A stretch of 63,733 nt of DNA, counting the filler, from Octopus bimaculoides (lineage: Eukaryota): assembly GCF_001194135.2 (NCBI RefSeq). It is 5 parts of 5 records of this genome, joined end to end, with 100 filler letters (N's around TTAATTAATTAA, not from the genome) between each part and the next. Parts side by side here need not be neighbours in the genome. Positions count along the whole stretch, not along the records: positions 61,401 to 63,733 come from NC_068981.1; 4 more parts are not named here. One strand, written 5' to 3'. Positions 62,248-63,733 of this stretch are shown here, piece after piece; the first letter of the stretch is position 1, and each line of letters begins with the position of its first letter. The notes beneath the pieces were generated by a model. That model was not told the DNA's origin. It saw only the letters and a list, made by a program, of their open reading frames with translations, and made no database searches. The position numbers and the translations under genes are program-made.

Positions 62248-63629
62248 TATAAATAATATATATGCATATATGGGTACAGGACGTCACCAACTGTGCAAAC
62301 AACATGAAAAATGTAAACAAACGAGTTGGCTGCAGTCAAATGGCTGAAACATGTAAAAGACTAAAAGAATATATACACATATATACACCTGATGACTAAC
62401 GGGAAACAAAGTACAAAAAAAGCATTCTAATGAGGCGATTAATAAGTTAATTTAATAACAACTCATCTAATAGTCTTAATATAATCTTATTATAAATATA
62501 TAATCTGCTAAGAAGTTTATTATTTAAATATATGTGTCTTTGACGTTGTACGTCTTGTCCGAGGTGACATTCTTTTGAGTTCCTGCAAAGATATTCTTCT
62601 GTTTTTGCTGACTTACTCTTTTTTAACCTAAAATTCTTAGAAATGATAAAATGCTTACTAAAAGATACATTGACATGGGTAGAAATGACGGACTTAGGGG
62701 AGGATAGAATGATTTTGGTCTTCAATTATCTGGCACCAACTTACTCATTCTTTCGCCCCTACCTTATCATTGCAGGACTCTTTGAGTAATGCCTCTAGCC
62801 ACAAACGATCATCCAAAGCAGACGACTCCTAAATCACTGTAGTGGACCACCCAGTTTTTCTTTTTCGCTCTGTCCTAAAGAAGGAGATTGTGATGGTGTG
62901 AAAAGACGGTGTTTCAGGCATTTATGGGGTGAAGAAGTGTCTGCGGTGTGCAGATTGGAATTCGTTTTAAGGAGGTACATAAAGAGAATTTTAAAAAGAG
63001 AGGAGGGATTAAAAATGAGGAAATTATAGTAAAGCTGGGGTTGATTTGGGATGGAGTGAGGGGATAAAAACTTTTGCAAAAGAAGAAATTAAAGAATAGA
63101 TGCGCAGGAAATGTGAAGGAAAATAAAAGACCGATATAAAAAGTAACAAATTTGGTGCGTAAGTTCGTATCTGTTGGTGGTGATAGGAAGATCTTTGGAA
63201 GGTTAGACTTAATGGCCATGGAGTGTGTGGTGAGAGAAAGACAGAGCGTGAGAGAAAGTGAGAAAGAGAGAAGGATAGAATGAGAAGGATAGAAATGGGC
63301 GTTAAAAATCTGAAAAGAAAATTCTACAGCGTTCTTTAAATCAGGCAGTAAAAAAAGAAGGACGATGGTTGCTGAACGATGAGAGTAGTTTACTAAGGAA
63401 ACAGATAGGTTGAGGTGATATGGGGAAAGAGATAGGTTGAGGTGATGTGGGGAATTTGTCTCATAAAGAAAAGAGTTACCAGACAAAGGACAGTAGTGGT
63501 AAATCACAGAACTACGCAATAATTTCACACTAACAGGGGGGGGGGTCGGTTCGGGAAGTGATGGCAGCAATCATTATTGGTTCACAACTGCACCCTGCTG
63601 TCTTGTCATATATATGGATGTCTGCGTGT

Positions 63630-63733
63630 AAATAGATAGATAGATAGATAGATAGATAGCTAGATAGATAGATAGCTAGATAGATAGATAGATAGATAGA
63701 TAGATATACATATAGGTATGTATATATATATAT
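63630..63733. repeat. (GATA)n and (TA)n microsatellite
   Basis: Direct reading of the sequence. Confidence 0.95.

Noticed and set aside
62384-62420. CTGATGA-CTAACGG-GAAAC-AAA-GTA: a complete-looking hammerhead core
   Set aside because: There is no stem I complementarity (ATACAC vs CAAAA), and stem II has only 2 bp.
62914-63570. 218-aa hydrophobic ORF as a membrane protein
   Set aside because: It arises from a pyrimidine-rich strand. Only a weak Penelope-linker-like phrase (LPKIFLSPP) is present, which is too little to call.

Overview
An AT-rich, gap-ridden eukaryotic window made almost entirely of microsatellites and decayed transposable elements. The SINE families and (TAA)n/(TA)n/(CA)n load look like an octopus genome, which is an inference and not a database result. 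I cannot support any host protein-coding exon, and most ORFs in the track are artefacts of simple repeats or N-runs. Recognisable content: (i) about a dozen fragments of R4/Dong-clade (RLE-type) non-LTR retrotransposons from several subfamilies, nearly all sitting in (TAA)n in the sense orientation; (ii) a ~550 bp non-coding element (element X, 4 copies) with the same (TAA)n habit; (iii) a near-complete but broken Penelope-like element (RT + GIY-YIG, 53.5-56.5 kb) with an inverted, rearranged left end, abutting a Gypsy pol fragment and an L1/Tx1-type ORF1; (iv) other Penelope, CR1-like, RTE and Tx1-like fragments; (v) a full-length degenerate mariner, two MITEs, three tRNA-derived SINE families and a tRNA-Ser-like pseudogene; (vi) four artificial 100-bp N-TTAATTAATTAA-N joins. 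The most interesting signals are hammerhead-ribozyme motifs in three unrelated repeat families. One (3371-3488, minus) has an intact core with an unusually long, ~87-nt hairpin as stem II and a degenerate paralogue at ~59.9 kb. Another (33594-33639) is a minimal, probably dimer-type hammerhead in a short (TAA)n-associated element.
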